From Epsilonproteobacteria bacterium (ex Lamellibrachia satsuma) (GTDB lineage: Bacteria; Campylobacterota; Campylobacteria; Campylobacterales; Sulfurovaceae), in the NCBI GenBank assembly GCA_003934925.1, contig JQIX01000063.1, positions 2,030 to 66,029 on the forward strand: a stretch of 64,000 nt of DNA, in the 5' to 3' direction. Below the pieces are notes generated by a model, which saw nothing but the letters and a program-made list of their open reading frames with translations, was not told where the DNA came from and made no database searches. Position numbers and translations under genes: made by a program. Position 1 is the stretch's first letter, and the number at the start of each line of letters is the position of its first letter. Shown piece by piece: positions 43,098-53,119 of this stretch.

Positions 43098-43653
43098 AAG
43101 TACTTCTCTTCTTGTATTGTTCTATCTTCTCTTCGCTTGATCTGATTTTCCAACTCACTCCATTTGTACCAAAGTCGCGTTCAATTTGTATAATGCCACA
43201 CTCTTTCAAAGTATGCAGTGTTTTGTCTATTGTACTATAATCCGTTACAAACTTATAAACGATCTCTTTCTCATAAACAATGATATCGGCAACTTTCAAG
43301 ACATCTTTGACTGCCTGTGCATAAGCTCTGGCCATCCCACCCGTCCCCAGTTTGATCCCTCCAAAATAGCGCACTATGAGAACGGCACAGTTGATCATCT
43401 CTTTACCCCGCAGTACATTAAGTGCCGGGACACCTGCACATCCTTTGGGTTCACCGTCATCTGAACTGTTTTCCACTGTCTGGTCATATTCGTTCAGATA
43501 ACGCAGTGCATAAACGACATGGTTAGCTTTAGTATGTTCGGCTTTGAGTTTATCCTGTAGCCCCTCATACTCCGAGATCGGCACAAGGTAAGTGATGAAT
43601 TTTGAACGATTGACTTCTGTAGTGGATACAGAAACTTCTTTAACGGTGAACAT
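43093..43653 (-). CDS. yigZ: YigZ/IMPACT family protein
   Basis: SKFI, SDDGEPKGCAG, VRYFGGIKLGTGG. Confidence 0.92.
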   Translation of the reverse strand: MFTVKEVSVSTTEVNRSKFITYLVPISEYEGLQDKLKAEHTKANHVVYALRYLNEYDQTVENSSDDGEPKGCAGVPALNVLRGKEMINCAVLIVRYFGGIKLGTGGMARAYAQAVKDVLKVADIIVYEKEIVYKFVTDYSTIDKTLHTLKECGIIQIERDFGTNGVSWKIRSSEEKIEQYKKRSTS

Positions 43654-44008
43654 CTGTCACTTTAAGAAGTAAAGGATAGATCAATAATCCCAGCCCTATT
43701 CCTATTGTATCCGCCAGTACATCTAAAACTTCTGCACTGCGATTAAGTGTGAAAAGTTGAGAAACCTCTATAAAAACTGCATAAAAAACCAATAGCAGGA
43801 CAGTTTGAAACCATGTCACTGAATAAGCGACCCTAAGTAGCAGAGTCAATATGGAAAAAGCAATAAAATGTATACTTTTATCCGACAAAGAACCTATATG
43901 GGGTGCAATCTCCTGTGGTACAATTGCAGAAATATAACTAAGTATCAATGCTGTCCAAAACAATACTTTTGTATATCGTGAATAGCTATACAGCTTTAAC
44001 TTTCTCAA
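43640..44008 (-). CDS. VanZ-family membrane protein
   Basis: DKSIHFIAFSIL, IEVSQLF...RSAEVLDVLAD. Confidence 0.85.
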   Translation of the reverse strand: MRKLKLYSYSRYTKVLFWTALILSYISAIVPQEIAPHIGSLSDKSIHFIAFSILTLLLRVAYSVTWFQTVLLLVFYAVFIEVSQLFTLNRSAEVLDVLADTIGIGLGLLIYPLLLKVTDVHR

Positions 44009-44918
44009 CGATCATTTCCACAAATTTATCACTGTCATTTATACATTTAGCTACGATATACTCTTCATATTTTATCTTCTCAGCTATCTCCCTGTGTTCA
44101 ATATCCAATTCAAACAGTGTTTCGGAGTTGTCTATTGTAAATGCCAAAGGATAGATAATAACCTTTCTATGGGTCGGATTACGCAGGACATCTACCAAAT
44201 TCGGCTCCAACCAGGCAGAAGACCCTACTTTGGATTGATACACGAGTTTAATATCATGAAATTCCACGCCACAGCAAGCCAAATAGGTTTTAATGGCTGA
44301 AGCATTTCCCTCAATCTGATTTTGATATGGGTCTCCTGCTTTGATGATACTCATTGGCAATCCATGTGCAGAAAGCAAAAGATCATATTCTTTTGTCTCT
44401 TTCCCCTTCATCGCTTCCATGATTTTTTCATAACAAGCCTCTATATAAGCATAATCATCATAATAGGGGTCAACAACTGTTATCTTTGGTCCGTATCCCA
44501 TCGCTTCACACTTCTCTTCTATATCTTCTACGGAAGAGAATGTTGTAGTGCTTGAATACTGAGGATACATAGGAAAAAGAATCAGTTCTTCTATCCCTTC
44601 TTTTTGACACTGGAAAAGTGCTCTATCTGCAAAAGGAGGTACATAACGCATAGCAGGATAGATAGGCATATCAAGATGATCTTTTAGCTTCTCTATGAGT
44701 TTATTTGTAAGTTCAGGCAGTGGTGACTTTCCACCCAATAACCGATAATTCTCTTTCACCTCTTCAAGACGTTTGGAGATAATAATATTGGCAACAAATT
44801 TACGCATAATGGAGTTCATTGTCAATATATTTTTATCGGCGAACATATTACGCAAAAAGAGTTCAACCTCTTCTATGTTATTCGGTCCCCCCATATTGAG
44901 AAGCAAAAGTGCCTTCAT
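43986..44918 (-). CDS. hemH: Ferrochelatase
   Basis: LLLNMGGP, GGKSPL, AMRY, PMYPQYS, SAHGLP, ETLFELD. Confidence 0.95.
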   Translation of the reverse strand: MKALLLLNMGGPNNIEEVELFLRNMFADKNILTMNSIMRKFVANIIISKRLEEVKENYRLLGGKSPLPELTNKLIEKLKDHLDMPIYPAMRYVPPFADRALFQCQKEGIEELILFPMYPQYSSTTTFSSVEDIEEKCEAMGYGPKITVVDPYYDDYAYIEACYEKIMEAMKGKETKEYDLLLSAHGLPMSIIKAGDPYQNQIEGNASAIKTYLACCGVEFHDIKLVYQSKVGSSAWLEPNLVDVLRNPTHRKVIIYPLAFTIDNSETLFELDIEHREIAEKIKYEEYIVAKCINDSDKFVEMIVEKVKAV

Positions 44919-45121
44919 ATTTATCCCTTACACTTATGAGCAAAGCCCAAAAAATGTTAAAATTTAAAAACTTGCATTAGGGTACCTTTTTGAAAGGTGA
45001 CTACTAATCCTATATTCTATTCGGCAGAGTGCCCACGCGCAACTAGTCTCTTCCAGCCTTTAAACGTGTATTTTAGCATAGAGAGTGTAAAATTATGGCA
45101 CTTAATATAAAAGGTTTATTT

Positions 45122-45841
45122 ATGATCATTATCCCTGCGCGTATCGGTTCAAGCCGCTTTCCAAATAAAGTCCTGGCAGATATAGGAGGAATCCCTATGG
45201 TTGTCAGAACAGCTATGGCTGTATATGATATAGATCGTGTAGTCATCGCAACAGATTCACATGAAGTTATAAAGATAGCAGAGGCACATAATATTGAAGC
45301 AGTAATAACTTCCCAAAATCACCAAAGCGGTACAGACCGCATCTATGAAGCAGTACAAAAACTGGGATTAAAGGATGATGAAATCATTATCAATGTACAG
45401 GGAGATGAGCCGTTCATAGAAACAGAAGTGGTACAAGCTGTTTATGATCTGACTAAAGAAAATAAAGATAATAAGCATATCATGATGAATTCATGTTATA
45501 AAACCATCACCAACCCTGAAGCTGATGATCCAAACATTGTAAAAGTAGTAACAGATAGTAATCATATAGCACTTTATTTCTCCAGAGCTAAAGTCCCCTA
45601 TCCTAGAGATCACCATTTTGATAGCTATAAGGGACATTTGGGGATCTACGGTTTTACAGTAAGATCTTTAGAAAAATTTTGTATGCTTAGTCCCGCACCG
45701 CTTGAAAATATAGAAAAACTGGAACAACTTCGCGCTCTTTATCACGGTTACAAAGTAGCTATGACAGAAGTACATACTGAAAGTTTCGGGATCGACACAC
45801 CTGAAGATTTAGAAAAAGCCATTAAACATCATCGGCTTTAG
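45122..45841 (+). CDS. kdsB: 3-deoxy-manno-octulosonate cytidylyltransferase
   Basis: IIPARIGSSRFPNK, SGTDR, NVQGDEP, EKLEQLRAL, GIDTPEDL. Confidence 0.95.
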   Translation: MIIIPARIGSSRFPNKVLADIGGIPMVVRTAMAVYDIDRVVIATDSHEVIKIAEAHNIEAVITSQNHQSGTDRIYEAVQKLGLKDDEIIINVQGDEPFIETEVVQAVYDLTKENKDNKHIMMNSCYKTITNPEADDPNIVKVVTDSNHIALYFSRAKVPYPRDHHFDSYKGHLGIYGFTVRSLEKFCMLSPAPLENIEKLEQLRALYHGYKVAMTEVHTESFGIDTPEDLEKAIKHHRL

Positions 45842-45846
45842 TAGCG

Positions 45847-45875
45847 AAAAAGAGAAAAAATATTTTTCTCTTTTT
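45847..45875. terminator. Candidate bidirectional terminator between kdsB and the T2SS-F gene
   Basis: Perfect 13-bp IR AAAAAGAGAAAAA-ATA-TTTTTCTCTTTTT between convergent genes. Confidence 0.55.
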
Positions 45876-45885
45876 TTTATATATT

Positions 45886-47133
45886 TTAACCTTTTACTGC
45901 CCTGCCTAGATCCCACATTGGCATAAATATACCAAGTGCCATCAATAGTACAAGCCCTGCAATGAAGAATAATAAAACAGGTTCTATATATACTGCAAGA
46001 TTATCGATCAGGTCCTGAAATTCCATGTCATAATACTGAGTTACTTTTCCCAACATAGCATCAAGCTGACCACCTGCTTCTCCCGCTTTGATCATCTGTA
46101 AAAGCATATTTTCATATAATCCTGTAACGTCAAAAGCTTCAGCCAGATTCATACCGCGGCCTATATTTACATTTACTGTCATCAACTTCTCTTTGATCGC
46201 CAAATTATCGACCATGCCAACAGCTGTTTCCAATGCTTCCGAAACCGGGATACCGGCTCTTACAAGTTCACTGAAAACCAAATTATATTTATGCATAGTA
46301 GAGAGAAAAATAGCTTTATTGATAAGATAAAATCTAGGACTGATCAGCATTTTATCCATACTGTATTTAAAATCTCTGCTATTTTTATAAAAATATTTAA
46401 TTGCAAAAATCATTGCTGCCAAAATAAGCAGGATAAGTATTCCATAATTACTTAATGCCCACTCCAACTTTAGCAATATCTGAGTAGGAATAGGCAATTC
46501 TGTTTTAAATTTATCAAAAATATCTTTAAATTTTGGCACAACGACCATAATAAGTATCGTAAAAGCAATCCCCATTGCAACCAGAGTAATTATTGGGGTA
46601 CGAATCGCTTTTTTGAACTTTGCCGTATTATTTCTGATATTTTCTAAAATATCGGCAAGCTTATGGTAAGATTCAGCAATATTCCCTGTTCTTTCTCCCA
46701 GGTTTGTCATTGCCAGTGCAACATGCCCAAATTCTTCAGTGTATGGTTTCATCGCATCTGCCAAACTGTTACCAGCGTTAATATCGTTATTCATAGTATA
46801 ATATATTTCTTTAAGTTGCTTATTTTCAGTATTTTCTGCAACTTCTTCCAACGTATCATTAATAGCGATCCCTGCATCTGTCATAACAGCTATTTGTCTG
46901 ATCGTGGAAATTTTATCATTGATAGGAATTTTAGGTTTAAATGACTTTGTGATCTCTGAAAACACATTACCTAAACTTTCATTGAGGGGGGCAGAGGTCT
47001 CTACAGCTTTTATTATTATATTCGAAGGAAATTTATTTTTAGCCGACTTGATCGCTGCTATTTTACTCCCTGCCTTGATCAGCTCTAAGCGCTTTTTACC
47101 TTTATCCATTATCGTTACATTAAAATATTTCAT
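45886..47133 (-). CDS. Type II secretion / type IV pilus platform protein (GspF/PilC, CtsF-like)
   Basis: AVMTDAGI, GERTGN, GEAGGQLD, IEPVLL. Confidence 0.92.
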   Translation of the reverse strand: MKYFNVTIMDKGKKRLELIKAGSKIAAIKSAKNKFPSNIIIKAVETSAPLNESLGNVFSEITKSFKPKIPINDKISTIRQIAVMTDAGIAINDTLEEVAENTENKQLKEIYYTMNNDINAGNSLADAMKPYTEEFGHVALAMTNLGERTGNIAESYHKLADILENIRNNTAKFKKAIRTPIITLVAMGIAFTILIMVVVPKFKDIFDKFKTELPIPTQILLKLEWALSNYGILILLILAAMIFAIKYFYKNSRDFKYSMDKMLISPRFYLINKAIFLSTMHKYNLVFSELVRAGIPVSEALETAVGMVDNLAIKEKLMTVNVNIGRGMNLAEAFDVTGLYENMLLQMIKAGEAGGQLDAMLGKVTQYYDMEFQDLIDNLAVYIEPVLLFFIAGLVLLMALGIFMPMWDLGRAVKG

Positions 47134-48875
47134 TACAACCTCGCTACTCTATAGATTTCTTCAATCGTTGTTTTACCTTCCAATGCCTTACGTACCCCAT
47201 CTTCAAACATATTAATAAACCCTTCTTCCATTGCCTGATTCGTCAGCTCTTCTTTTGATGCATTGGCAGCGATCATGCGTGAGAGTTTTTCACTTATCGT
47301 TAAAACTTCAGAGATCATCTCTCGTCCTTTATACCCGGTATGATCACACTCCTTACAGCCTTCACCTTTATAAAATACCGGGTTTTCCGGAAGATACTGC
47401 TGTACATCCTTTAAAAGACTTTCCGGAAGTACTATTTCTTTCTTGCAGTGTGTACATATTTTTCTTACCAGTCTTTGTGCTTGAATAGCTACAAATGCAC
47501 CACTTACAAGATACTCTTCTATACCCATATCCAAAATTCTTGTTATAGCAGAAATCGCATCATTTGTATGCAGGGTTGAAAGTACCAAGTGACCGGTCAG
47601 TGCTGCCTGAATAGCGATACGTAACGTTTCTTGATCACGTATCTCCCCGATCATTATCTTGTCTGGATCCTGTCTCAATATGGACCTTAATGCATCAGAA
47701 AAACCCAATCCGATACTTGCTCTGACCTGTACCTGTTGTAACCCGCTCATGTGGTATTCTACAGGGTCCTCAACCGTAATGATCTTGTCTTTAACATCTT
47801 TGATCGCATTAAGTGCACCATAAAGCGTTGTTGTCTTACCAGATCCTGTAGGGCCTGTTACCAACACTATTCCATATGGTACTTTAATTGCCTGACTAAA
47901 CCTGTCATAACAAAATTTACTCATACCGGCTTCTTCGAGTTTAATCATTGCTTTAGATTTATCCAAAATCCTTAAAACAATGGATTCTCCGAAGATAGTA
48001 GGAAGCGTAGATACCCTGAAATCAAAATCTCTTTTTGATATTGTGGCAGAAAACCTACCGTCCTGAGGCTTTCTTTTTTCAGCGATATCTAAATTGGATA
48101 AAAGTTTCATACGTGAGGCAAGAGGATTGAAAATATCTTTATCAAACGTAAAACTTTGACGTAACATACCATCCACACGCTCTCGAACGATACAGCTTTT
48201 TTCTGTTGCTTCAACATGTATATCACTTGCATTAATGTAAATAGCAGATTTCAGGATGATATCAATAAGTTTCAAAACAGCTGATGAACCATTCTCCTCT
48301 ATATCCTCCATCTTTTCTGCTTGACTTAAATCTTTACGTATATCCGTTATTAAACCTTTAATACTTTCGTTGATCTCCAAACGTTGCAAATGCTGATGTA
48401 TCTGCTTAGGTCTGGCAATCCCTATACGTATAGGTTTTTTAGGGAAAAGCCGTTGCATCGCATCTTGTGCCGCCATATCAAGTGGATCATCAAACACGAC
48501 AAGTACATTAAGATCATTCTCTTCAACTGGAATAGCATTATATTTAAGAATTTGTTTATAAGGTATTTGTGAAAAAAGTTTCATATCTATTTCAACTTCA
48601 TCCAGATCAATATACTCAACATGAAGTACTTTTGCGACTTCCTTGACAATAGGAGTAATATCGATCCCCTCGATCTTTTCTAAGCGAGATAAACTAATGA
48701 TGCCTTGTCTTATTTTTTTTGCTAAAAATATTTCTACAGTGTGCAGATCGATCATATTTTCAGCTATAAGGTTTGCAAATGAAATCTTTTTAGGTGGCCT
48801 GCTTTTTACCAAAGTAGAAATAGCATCTTTAGTGATAAGTTTTTCATCAAGCATCATTTCAATCAGTTTTACCAT
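47133..48875 (-). CDS. GspE/PilB-family assembly ATPase (CtsE-like)
   Basis: ASDIH, GPTGSGKTTT, TVEDPVEY, LRQDPD, CTHC...CKEC. Confidence 0.94.
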   Translation of the reverse strand: MVKLIEMMLDEKLITKDAISTLVKSRPPKKISFANLIAENMIDLHTVEIFLAKKIRQGIISLSRLEKIEGIDITPIVKEVAKVLHVEYIDLDEVEIDMKLFSQIPYKQILKYNAIPVEENDLNVLVVFDDPLDMAAQDAMQRLFPKKPIRIGIARPKQIHQHLQRLEINESIKGLITDIRKDLSQAEKMEDIEENGSSAVLKLIDIILKSAIYINASDIHVEATEKSCIVRERVDGMLRQSFTFDKDIFNPLASRMKLLSNLDIAEKRKPQDGRFSATISKRDFDFRVSTLPTIFGESIVLRILDKSKAMIKLEEAGMSKFCYDRFSQAIKVPYGIVLVTGPTGSGKTTTLYGALNAIKDVKDKIITVEDPVEYHMSGLQQVQVRASIGLGFSDALRSILRQDPDKIMIGEIRDQETLRIAIQAALTGHLVLSTLHTNDAISAITRILDMGIEEYLVSGAFVAIQAQRLVRKICTHCKKEIVLPESLLKDVQQYLPENPVFYKGEGCKECDHTGYKGREMISEVLTISEKLSRMIAANASKEELTNQAMEEGFINMFEDGVRKALEGKTTIEEIYRVARL

Positions 48876-48947
48876 TTCAAATCACTCCTTTTTCTTATTT
48901 AGTATAACATTATATTATTATTATTCAAGCTAAATTTATAATTATAG

Positions 48948-49658
48948 TTATAGCGTACCTTTTTTTATCTTATATAATAGACTTTTAACTTGTGCAGAGT
49001 CTGATTTTTTAAGATAGGTTGTCAAAATATGTATCGCTTCATTTCTGTGACCCAACTTCACTTTTGACTTTGCGAATATCAACCAGCTCTCTTCAATATT
49101 TCCATTCACTTTATTGGTTTGAAGTGCCCAATATTCCGCTTTTTTATAATTTCCTTTACGATAATAGCTTTTTGCCAGGAAAAGCGAATCATCCGTATCA
49201 TGTGACTGATAAAAGCGCTTTGCAACATCTTTGTATGCACTTACACTGGTTGTTTCTATAATATTTAAATGCATTTTTTTATGAGGCTGAGATATGCTTT
49301 CTTCTACTTGAGGGGCATCCGGTCTTACAGTATTTTCATCAATAGGCATATCTTCTACAATTTCATTCGTATCAGTTTTATTAGATATTACTGTTTCAGA
49401 TTTTACCTCAGGTATTTTGGGGTGTTTTTTTTCCAATGTTGTTAAAGCTTCATCTACTAACAATGAATGAGTCACTTTTACAGGTTTAAGCATTTTGTTT
49501 TTATTATTAGATTGAAGAATATCGATTTCTTTATAATTTAAAAAAGTAAAAGAAGCAAGCAATATAAGAAAAATAGAGAGAAGAAGCATAAACCAGGGCC
49601 TTCTCTTTTTTTTCTTGTATTTTTTCCATTCATCTTCCAAAAACTTAATATCATACAT
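48948..49658 (-). CDS. Membrane-anchored TPR-like protein (CtsX/MshN-like)
   Basis: N-terminal TM; C-terminal LAKSYYRKGNYKKAEYWAL helical repeat; operon position. Confidence 0.7.
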   Translation of the reverse strand: MYDIKFLEDEWKKYKKKKRRPWFMLLLSIFLILLASFTFLNYKEIDILQSNNKNKMLKPVKVTHSLLVDEALTTLEKKHPKIPEVKSETVISNKTDTNEIVEDMPIDENTVRPDAPQVEESISQPHKKMHLNIIETTSVSAYKDVAKRFYQSHDTDDSLFLAKSYYRKGNYKKAEYWALQTNKVNGNIEESWLIFAKSKVKLGHRNEAIHILTTYLKKSDSAQVKSLLYKIKKGTL

Positions 49659-50463
49659 GGATATATCCCAATTTTAATGCTGCCATTTCAATGATCTTTT
49701 TAGGAATATGTTCATAATTGATTTTAGAAGGTTCGTTTTTATCATAATATTCACATATTTCAAAAATAGTAAAAAGTAATTTATTACACTCTCTGTAGTT
49801 ACCTTTTGTAAAAGTATAAATGAGTTTCATATTTTTATCTTTGATCGTATTTGCAACTTCAAAGAGATTTTTTTTCAAAAGTTTTTTATGAATATATTTA
49901 CCCTGATCCTCTTTACTCGCGTTTTTAAGCTCGATCACTTCCCAGATACGGGATTGAAAATGCTCTTTAGCTATCAGGTCTTCATCTTCCGTTTTATGCA
50001 AAGAAACAACAAATTTCACAGCGCGACTATCTGAAAACAGTCTGATCTTTTCCATCATTTCAGGGCCATACATCTGTGCTTCATCAAGAAGTATAATGAT
50101 TTCTCTTTTACCTCTTAATTTCTTACAAAAATCGACCAAAGCTGAAAAATTCACTTCTGTATTCTTAGGCAAATCCTTTTTTGTAAGCACTTTAAACAAT
50201 TTGTGGAAAAACTCTTTTTCACTCACAGCAGGGGTATCAAAATAATAAATTTCCTGCTTATGTTTCAATTTATTGTGTATTCGGTTAAGAAGAATACTTT
50301 TCCCTGTCCCGGGCTTGCCAAAAAGAAGGATCATTTTCAGCGGTTTGCTCATACTGTGTTCTAACTGCTTATAGGCAGACATTGATGAATTTAACTCAAT
50401 GTAATCATCGTTATCTATGGAATCGATGAATACATTTTTAGCTGCTTCGTATCTACTTTTCAT
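49651..50463 (-). CDS. ExeA/MshM-like ATPase (CtsP-like)
   Basis: GKPGTGKS, ILLDEAQ, TKGNYR. Confidence 0.85.
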   Translation of the reverse strand: MKSRYEAAKNVFIDSIDNDDYIELNSSMSAYKQLEHSMSKPLKMILLFGKPGTGKSILLNRIHNKLKHKQEIYYFDTPAVSEKEFFHKLFKVLTKKDLPKNTEVNFSALVDFCKKLRGKREIIILLDEAQMYGPEMMEKIRLFSDSRAVKFVVSLHKTEDEDLIAKEHFQSRIWEVIELKNASKEDQGKYIHKKLLKKNLFEVANTIKDKNMKLIYTFTKGNYRECNKLLFTIFEICEYYDKNEPSKINYEHIPKKIIEMAALKLGYIHV

Positions 50464-52054
50464 TCAATTTTGTATATCCTAAATCTTTTAATGACACAGA
50501 TTTAGAATTTTTTACGACATGCGGCGTTATGATCAAGACCAATTCTTCTACAGTTTTGATCTTTTCATCATGTTTAAACGCAGCCCCCAATAGTGGTATA
50601 TCACCAAGCAAAGGAATTTTATTGCTCTTAAAACCCATCTTTGAGGATATAAGACCGCCAAGAATAGCATGCTCACCATCTTTAACTTTAACCACAGATG
50701 AAATTTGTCTTCTGATCAGATCTGGTGGAATAGTCCTAGTAGTAGCATCACCACTCACAGGATTTACCGTATCGGATATGGAAGGATTTATCTTCAGTGT
50801 GATCATACCGTTAGAATTTATTTCAGGTGTAATATCAAGTAAAATACCGGCAAATACAGAATCAACTGTTTCTCCCTGAGCGGTATTCGCATTAGCTCCT
50901 GTTCCTAAAGCACTTGTGGACGAAAGTTTATAGAAGAGTTCCTTACCTACGCTTATAAGTGCCGGTTGATTATTAAGTGTCATTACTCTTGGACTGGAGA
51001 TAGATTTTACATTCCCTTGAGTTCCTAAAAATTTAATAACTTCAGAAACCTTTGTATTTCCGGTAATGTTTATTACGGCTGCCCTACTTGGACCACTTAA
51101 AGTTGTTCTAGTAGCCTCTGTTATACCTGTCTCTGAAAAAGTAAATTTCGATATATTTTTTTGTGCCATTGCCAATGTATTGATAGTTAAATTCTGTAGC
51201 CCGTAAAGTTGTGACCAGTCAACTCCGGTTGTTCTACTGTCATCAAATGTAACTGTAAGTATCCTGACATCGATGAGTACTTGTGATTTGATCTGTTTAT
51301 CTAATGCGTAGATATATCTTGCTACTCTATTGATCTGTCTATCTGTACCTGTTACCGTAATCATACCGGCTTCCGGATTCACAATAGGCGCCAAAGGATT
51401 GTATTCCCAGATCTGACCGTCAGGGCCTGTCCAGGTACTACCTGTTCTCGTATAGTGTATACTTCCATCCCCTGCCCCTATAAGAATACGCTGAACTTCC
51501 TTCTCAACTGTTCTCCAAAATTTAAATTCATCATTGCTTTCTATACTGATGCCCGTTCTTGAAGTACTCGAACCGGCAGAAGAACCTGTACTACCAGTAC
51601 TGCTGGTACTGGCAGTACTGCCGGAAACAGAAGTAGATGGATTTGCTATAGTTACATTTGCTTGACTTTTTCCTGTTCTTTGCCCGGAAATGTAATGAAT
51701 ACGAAATGTTCTTGTGATCAAATATGAAATTGCCAGCTTATTGCCGCTCAATGTATAATGTAGATCATTGTCTTTAAGGATAGTATTAAGGAAACCTTTT
51801 AGTGTACTGTTCTTCAATTTAATATAGTAAAGGTTTTTATTCATTCTTTTCTTTGCGGCATCATCCTTGACAACAACACTCAAATCACAAGTCTCTGCAA
51901 GATTTTCGATCACATCACTAATGGTTAATTTACTGTCAATACTAACACTGAATAATTTTGTAGAACAATCCCCTGCGACTAATACATTTGTAACACTTAG
52001 CATCATTGTAACTGCAACAATAAACTTAACCCCTAAATTTCGTACTTTTTTCAT
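50453..52054 (-). CDS. Secretin (MshL/CtsD-like)
   Basis: QVLIDVRIL, SSPRVMTLNNQPA, GILLDITP, KIPLLGDIPLLG. Confidence 0.93.
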   Translation of the reverse strand: MKKVRNLGVKFIVAVTMMLSVTNVLVAGDCSTKLFSVSIDSKLTISDVIENLAETCDLSVVVKDDAAKKRMNKNLYYIKLKNSTLKGFLNTILKDNDLHYTLSGNKLAISYLITRTFRIHYISGQRTGKSQANVTIANPSTSVSGSTASTSSTGSTGSSAGSSTSRTGISIESNDEFKFWRTVEKEVQRILIGAGDGSIHYTRTGSTWTGPDGQIWEYNPLAPIVNPEAGMITVTGTDRQINRVARYIYALDKQIKSQVLIDVRILTVTFDDSRTTGVDWSQLYGLQNLTINTLAMAQKNISKFTFSETGITEATRTTLSGPSRAAVINITGNTKVSEVIKFLGTQGNVKSISSPRVMTLNNQPALISVGKELFYKLSSTSALGTGANANTAQGETVDSVFAGILLDITPEINSNGMITLKINPSISDTVNPVSGDATTRTIPPDLIRRQISSVVKVKDGEHAILGGLISSKMGFKSNKIPLLGDIPLLGAAFKHDEKIKTVEELVLIITPHVVKNSKSVSLKDLGYTKLNEK

Positions 52055-52058
52055 CCTC

Positions 52059-52466
52059 TTACCTCTCTTCTAACTTGATAAAATCATTTCTTTTTGTATG
52101 AAGAAATAATTTTTTGATATTATTACCATTTCTAAGCACAACACCTCTTTGGCCTACATATTTCAGTTTATACCCCATGATAGTATCACCTATACTTTTC
52201 CATGTATCATTGATGTATGCTTTACCATTCATGATAGCATGAAGTGATAATTTTACTGTTTTTGTTTCACTAGGAACCACCACAGTTGTTACATTATTCT
52301 CTTCTTTCACACGAACAAACGGGCCTTTTGTCGTTTCTAACGTTTTTAATTTAACACCTTCTCTTTTTTCATGTATTTTACTGATCATATTTTCTATCTG
52401 CTTTACCGAAAGATCAGCGTATATTGAAACTATTAAGAATGGAATTACAAATAATATTTTTTTCAT
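52059..52466 (-). CDS. Exported pilus-operon protein (PilP/GspC-like, tentative)
   Basis: Signal-like N-terminus, LHAIMNGKAYIN; position between pilO-like gene and secretin. Confidence 0.55.
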   Translation of the reverse strand: MKKILFVIPFLIVSIYADLSVKQIENMISKIHEKREGVKLKTLETTKGPFVRVKEENNVTTVVVPSETKTVKLSLHAIMNGKAYINDTWKSIGDTIMGYKLKYVGQRGVVLRNGNNIKKLFLHTKRNDFIKLEER

Positions 52467-53119
52467 TAGTGATTTATCCCCCATACTGAAATATTGACAT
52501 CAGCCGCTACCAGTGATGAATTTTGATCAAGAGAAAGCTTTGTACCATAAATATCTGTAACCAGAATATTTTGTTCAAGTTCATTCATGAATTTTACAAT
52601 ACTTTTATAATCACCTTTACACCCTATACCAATTTCTAATACATATCCGAAATTACCTTTACTGCTTACATATTTATTTGTTATATATTCTAATTCTACA
52701 TTTTGTACTTCTGCTTTATCCGTAATGGAATTTAAAAATTTAGACCAACTTTTCTGGTTAAAAAGCATATCAGACAATTTATCTAAATTAGTATTAATAA
52801 ATTTTATTTTTTTATTCAATACTACTATTTTACTTTTTTTGCTACTGATATCACGGTCAAATTTTTTAACATAAAATTCACGATCGCCGCCTACAGTAAT
52901 GGAATTAAGATAAATATTGTTATCTGCTATACTTTTTTGTATACTTTTTTTGGTAGCTTCACTTTTTTTATACATCTTTTCAGTATAAGGTAAAAGATAT
53001 GCATAAGCAAGATATGCGATAATACCTGCTATCCCTAAAATAATCACCCATTTTTCACTCTCTTTTTTAGGAGCAAAATAACTATCTAATTCTTCTAATT
53101 TATTTTCTATGAATTTCAT
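52466..53119 (-). CDS. PilO-like protein
   Basis: TM, coiled coil, GDYKSIVKFMNELEQ. Confidence 0.7.
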   Translation of the reverse strand: MKFIENKLEELDSYFAPKKESEKWVIILGIAGIIAYLAYAYLLPYTEKMYKKSEATKKSIQKSIADNNIYLNSITVGGDREFYVKKFDRDISSKKSKIVVLNKKIKFINTNLDKLSDMLFNQKSWSKFLNSITDKAEVQNVELEYITNKYVSSKGNFGYVLEIGIGCKGDYKSIVKFMNELEQNILVTDIYGTKLSLDQNSSLVAADVNISVWGINH

